This document shows positions 61,072 to 64,000 of a stretch of DNA of 64,000 bases, in pieces. The notes under the pieces were generated by a model. It was not told the DNA's origin, ran no database searches, and saw nothing but the letters and a program-made list of their open reading frames with translations. The stretch is from positions 815,547 through 879,546 of the forward strand of contig CAWCCS010000002.1 of the NCBI GenBank assembly GCA_963794225.1, written 5' to 3'. Position numbers and translations under genes: made by a program. Within the stretch, counting starts at the first letter, position 1. The number at the start of each line of letters is the position of its first letter. This stretch comes from an uncultured Alphaproteobacteria bacterium. GTDB lineage: Bacteria > Pseudomonadota > Alphaproteobacteria > Rhizobiales > Xanthobacteraceae.

Positions 61072-62937
61072 TTGATCGGAACCCCGGCAGACGACGTGCT
61101 CGATCGAACAGTAGAAATCGCAGAGGCCGAAAAGAAGGCCTCGCAATCGACTCCGGTCGAAAGTCAAATCGAGGCTGATGGTCTCGACGAGGGTTCCGCG
61201 CGCGCCCGTCCGCGCGGTGTCGCCAGAGTGGGTCATTGGCTGCAGCGCGCCTGGCAGTTCTTCGTCACGCAGACTTTTTCGAGCCTCACGCGCCGCATCG
61301 TCTTTCTGAACGTCGCCGGTCTGCTGGCGCTGTCGATCGGAATCACGTTCCTTTCTCAGTTCCGCGCCGGGTTAATCGATGCGCGGGTGCAGAGCCTGCT
61401 GGTGCAAGGACAAATTATCGCCGGCGCGATTGCCGCTTCGGCGACGGTCGAGACCGATTCATCGATCACCATTGATCCGGACAAACTGCTTGAGCTACAT
61501 CCGGGTGATAGCTACGGCCCGTCTGAGGACGCACTTTACGGAATCAATTTCCCGATCAATCCGGAGCGCGTTGCGCCGGTGTTGCGGCGGCTGGTTTCGC
61601 CAACAAAAACGCGCGCACGTATCTACGATCGCGACGGCGTGCTTCTGGTCGATAGCCGTAACCTGTTCGGACGCGGCGACGTGCTGCGCTTCGACCTGCC
61701 GGCACCGAACGTCGAGAAGCCGAGTTTTTTTGAACGGGTCTTCATCGGCGTTCGGCAGTGGCTTGGGCGGGGCGATCTGCCGCTTTACCGCGAGCTCGCT
61801 GCTGGAAATGGGCGCGGCTATCCCGAAGTCGCACAGGCGCTTAGCGGCCAAAACGCCAGCATGGTGCGCGTCAACGACCGCGGCGATGTCATCGTGTCGG
61901 TCGCGGTTCCGGTCCAGCGTTTCCGCGCCGTCCGCGGCGCGCTCATGCTGTCGACGCAAGGAGCCGATATTGACGACATGGTGGAGGCCGAGAGGCTTGC
62001 CATCCTCAAGGTCTTCATTGTCGCCGCCGGCGTCATGGTCGTGCTGTCGATCCTGCTGGCCGGCACGATTGCCGAGCCGGTTCGACGCCTTGCCGATGCT
62101 GCCGAGAGCGTTCGCCGCCGCATCCGCTCGCGGGTGGAGATTCCGGATTTTACCCGGCGGCGCGATGAGATCGGACATCTCTCGGGTACGCTGCGCGATA
62201 TGACTAACGCGCTCTACAGCCGCATCGAAGCGATCGAAAGCTTCGCCGCCGATGTCGCACACGAACTAAAAAATCCGCTCACGTCCTTGCGTTCCGCGGT
62301 CGAGACATTGCCCATTGCGAAAACCGACGAGAGCCGCGGGCGATTGCTTGCGATCATCCAGCACGACGTCAAACGGCTTGATCGGCTGATCTCCGACATC
62401 TCCGACGCCAGCCGCCTGGACGCCGAACTACAGCGGCACGAAACCGCGCCGGTTGATGTCGCCAAGCTCCTCAATACCGTGGTCGCGGTGGCAAACGAGG
62501 TGCAGCGCGACGACGGTGTGCGCGTCACGCTCCGTTTCGAAGGCGGTGGTGCGCGGGCCTTTCAGGTCCCGGGACATGACTCCCGCCTTGGGCAGGTCGT
62601 CGACAATCTGATCGAGAATGCGCGCTCCTTCTCGCCGCCGGGAGACACGGTGCGCGTGACCTGCCGGCGGCTGAAGAGCCATGTCGAAATTTACGTCGAC
62701 GATGACGGCCCGGGTGTGCAGCCCGATGCGTTTGAGAAAGTGTTTGAACGCTTTTACACGGATCGTCCCCAGCAGGGCTTCGGTCAAAACTCCGGCCTTG
62801 GGCTTTCGATCTCGAAGCAGATCGTGGACGCGCACGGCGGCACCATCTGGGTAGAGAATAGATTAGGCACGCCGGACGCCGACGGCGCTCCAGCGATCGC
62901 CGGGGCGCGCTTTATCGTCCGCTTGCCGGCGACGTGA
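61072..62937 (+). CDS. chvG: Sensor histidine kinase ChvG/ExoS
   Basis: It has two TM segments flanking a periplasmic domain, a HAMP domain, the H-box FAADVAHELKNPLTSL, and the ATPase block GLGLSISKQIVDAHGG. The start codon is uncertain (TTG 61072 or a downstream GTG). Confidence 0.9.
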   Translation: MIGTPADDVLDRTVEIAEAEKKASQSTPVESQIEADGLDEGSARARPRGVARVGHWLQRAWQFFVTQTFSSLTRRIVFLNVAGLLALSIGITFLSQFRAGLIDARVQSLLVQGQIIAGAIAASATVETDSSITIDPDKLLELHPGDSYGPSEDALYGINFPINPERVAPVLRRLVSPTKTRARIYDRDGVLLVDSRNLFGRGDVLRFDLPAPNVEKPSFFERVFIGVRQWLGRGDLPLYRELAAGNGRGYPEVAQALSGQNASMVRVNDRGDVIVSVAVPVQRFRAVRGALMLSTQGADIDDMVEAERLAILKVFIVAAGVMVVLSILLAGTIAEPVRRLADAAESVRRRIRSRVEIPDFTRRRDEIGHLSGTLRDMTNALYSRIEAIESFAADVAHELKNPLTSLRSAVETLPIAKTDESRGRLLAIIQHDVKRLDRLISDISDASRLDAELQRHETAPVDVAKLLNTVVAVANEVQRDDGVRVTLRFEGGGARAFQVPGHDSRLGQVVDNLIENARSFSPPGDTVRVTCRRLKSHVEIYVDDDGPGVQPDAFEKVFERFYTDRPQQGFGQNSGLGLSISKQIVDAHGGTIWVENRLGTPDADGAPAIAGARFIVRLPAT

Positions 62938-63392
62938 TGGCGGCTGATCCGGCGACCGTGCATGCCTCGGCCGTGCTCGTTGGCGCTCGCGCTGTGCTGA
63001 TCCGCGGTCCGTCGGGATCCGGAAAGTCGCGACTCGCGCTCGAACTGCTCCAAGCGTCGCGCACCGGCTCTCTGCGCTTTGCGAGACTTGTCGCCGACGA
63101 TCGCGTCCATCTCGAAGCGCTAGGCGGCCGATTGCTGGTGCGCCCGCCTGAGGCGCTTGCTGGCCTCATCGAAGTGCGCGGTGTCGGACTTTTGCGCGAG
63201 ATGCACGAGGCATGCGCGGTCGTTGGTCTCGTGGTCGATCTTGCGGCACCGGACGAACGTTTACCGGCGGCCGATGGGCGACGAACCGAAATCAGCGGTA
63301 TCAGATTACCGAGGCTGCCGGTTGCCAAAGAGTTGGCGGCCTTGCCCGGCGTGATGGCGGTCCTTACGTCTGCCAAAAGCGATTGGATTTAG
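62934..63392 (+). CDS. hprK: Short-form HPr kinase/phosphorylase (C-terminal catalytic domain only)
   Basis: 152 aa with Walker A GPSGSGKS and the block ...IEVRGVG. It overlaps chvG by 4 nt, which is the typical alphaproteobacterial arrangement. Confidence 0.85.
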   Translation: MMAADPATVHASAVLVGARAVLIRGPSGSGKSRLALELLQASRTGSLRFARLVADDRVHLEALGGRLLVRPPEALAGLIEVRGVGLLREMHEACAVVGLVVDLAAPDERLPAADGRRTEISGIRLPRLPVAKELAALPGVMAVLTSAKSDWI

Positions 63393-63512
63393 GCGCGCGG
63401 CTTGAAATTGCAGATTGGTTAACCCTAACGCCTTTAAGCTCCCATGCGCCGCTTTTTGCCACGGACCCTGCTGATGCCGGTCCCCAGCGGCGTTATTAAT
63501 CTGAATTCGAGT

Positions 63513-63526
63513 TTGCGTTATCGCAA
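63513..63526. promoter_or_regulatory. Perfect palindrome TTGCG-TTAT-CGCAA (CRP/FNR-family-type box) upstream of the EIIA-Man gene
   Basis: Read directly. It fits TTG(A/C)-N6-(T/G)CAA, and its centre is about 118 nt upstream of the ATG at 63637. Confidence 0.35.
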
Positions 63527-63636
63527 TGCAGCAGCCGCCAGATTCCGCCGAAAATGCCTCTTGCGCTTGGGCTTCGGATGGTCAAGATGAGCACCCTTTC
63601 GTGCGGTGCAACCGGGACGCGCCCGCTGGGTGTTCC

Positions 63637-64000
63637 ATGATTGGTCTTGTGCTTGTCACCCACGGGCGGTTGGCTGTCGAGTTCCGCGCGGCCCTTGAGC
63701 ACGTGGTCGGCCCGCAGGACCAGATCGAAGCCGTCACCATCGGACCCGACGACGACGTCGAGGAGCGCCGCCGGGACATCATCGAAGCGGTCAAACGCGT
63801 CGACAGCGGCGATGGCGTTGCCATTCTGACCGACATGTTCGGCGGCACCCCGTCCAATCTCGCCATCTCGGTCATGAGCCGGCCCAAAGTCGAAGTCTTG
63901 GCCGGCATCAATCTCCCGATGCTCGTCAAACTCGCCAAGGTCCGCGACGAGTGTCCGCTTGCCGAAGCGGTCGCCGCTGCGCAGGACGCTGGACGAAAAT
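63637..64000 (+). CDS. manX: PTS EIIA (mannose-type, ManX-like) component, 5' part; continues beyond the window
   Basis: Manual translation gives MIGLVLVTHGRLAVEFRAALEHVVGPQDQIEAVTIGPDDDVEERRRDIIEAVKRVDSGDGVAILTDMFGGTPSNLAI..., with the active-site His in VTHG. It is not in the ORF track because no stop falls within the window. Confidence 0.85.
   Translation, partial: MIGLVLVTHGRLAVEFRAALEHVVGPQDQIEAVTIGPDDDVEERRRDIIEAVKRVDSGDGVAILTDMFGGTPSNLAISVMSRPKVEVLAGINLPMLVKLAKVRDECPLAEAVAAAQDAGRK

Overview
GC-rich alphaproteobacterial chromosome segment. Gene content and synteny look like Hyphomicrobiales, Nitrobacteraceae/Bradyrhizobiaceae-like: narK-globin-flp-nasC with nasTS, regBA/actSR, pckA..chvI-chvG-hprK-manX, and an L21 with a long Lys/Ala/Pro tail. 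I support about 63 protein-coding genes, one tRNA-Phe, and several regulatory elements and repeats. I see no rRNA, CRISPR array, transposase, integrase or prophage genes. Three coding regions are missing from the ORF track. Two run off the window edges: an MHYT-PAS-MCP gene at 1..1345 (-) and a PTS EIIA-Man gene at 63637..64000 (+). The third is a 58-aa basic ORF at 12181..12357, below the track's size cutoff. A less certain 41-aa hydrophobic ORF lies at 43172..43297. Many long ORFs in the track are antisense shadows typical of high-GC DNA, for example the 940-aa ORF opposite ptsP. The most notable observations are listed here. (1) The nasT-nasS / narK-globin-flp-nasC nitrate-assimilation module is complete, but the globin carries an in-frame TAA at codon 10. 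A 23-nt tandem duplication lies just upstream of the globin. The narK leader has an intrinsic terminator, the expected NasT/ANTAR target, and sigma-54-type -24/-12 elements precede nasT and narK. (2) A perfect FNR/FixK-type box, TTGAT-N4-ATCAA, sits at class-II distance upstream of the O2-dependent pobA. (3) A compact E1alpha-E1beta-cupin-aldehyde dehydrogenase-lipocalin-E2-2-hydroxyacid dehydrogenase cluster lacks an E3 gene. (4) A PrtD/HlyD type I secretion pair has no outer-membrane factor or substrate gene nearby, and is preceded by a lower-GC spacer with a 21-nt tandem repeat. (5) The 610-bp non-coding prmC/DUF4167 spacer contains a 16-nt tandem array and other direct repeats. I do not see a convincing new multi-gene defence or mobile system. 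The items above are leads, not demonstrated novelties.
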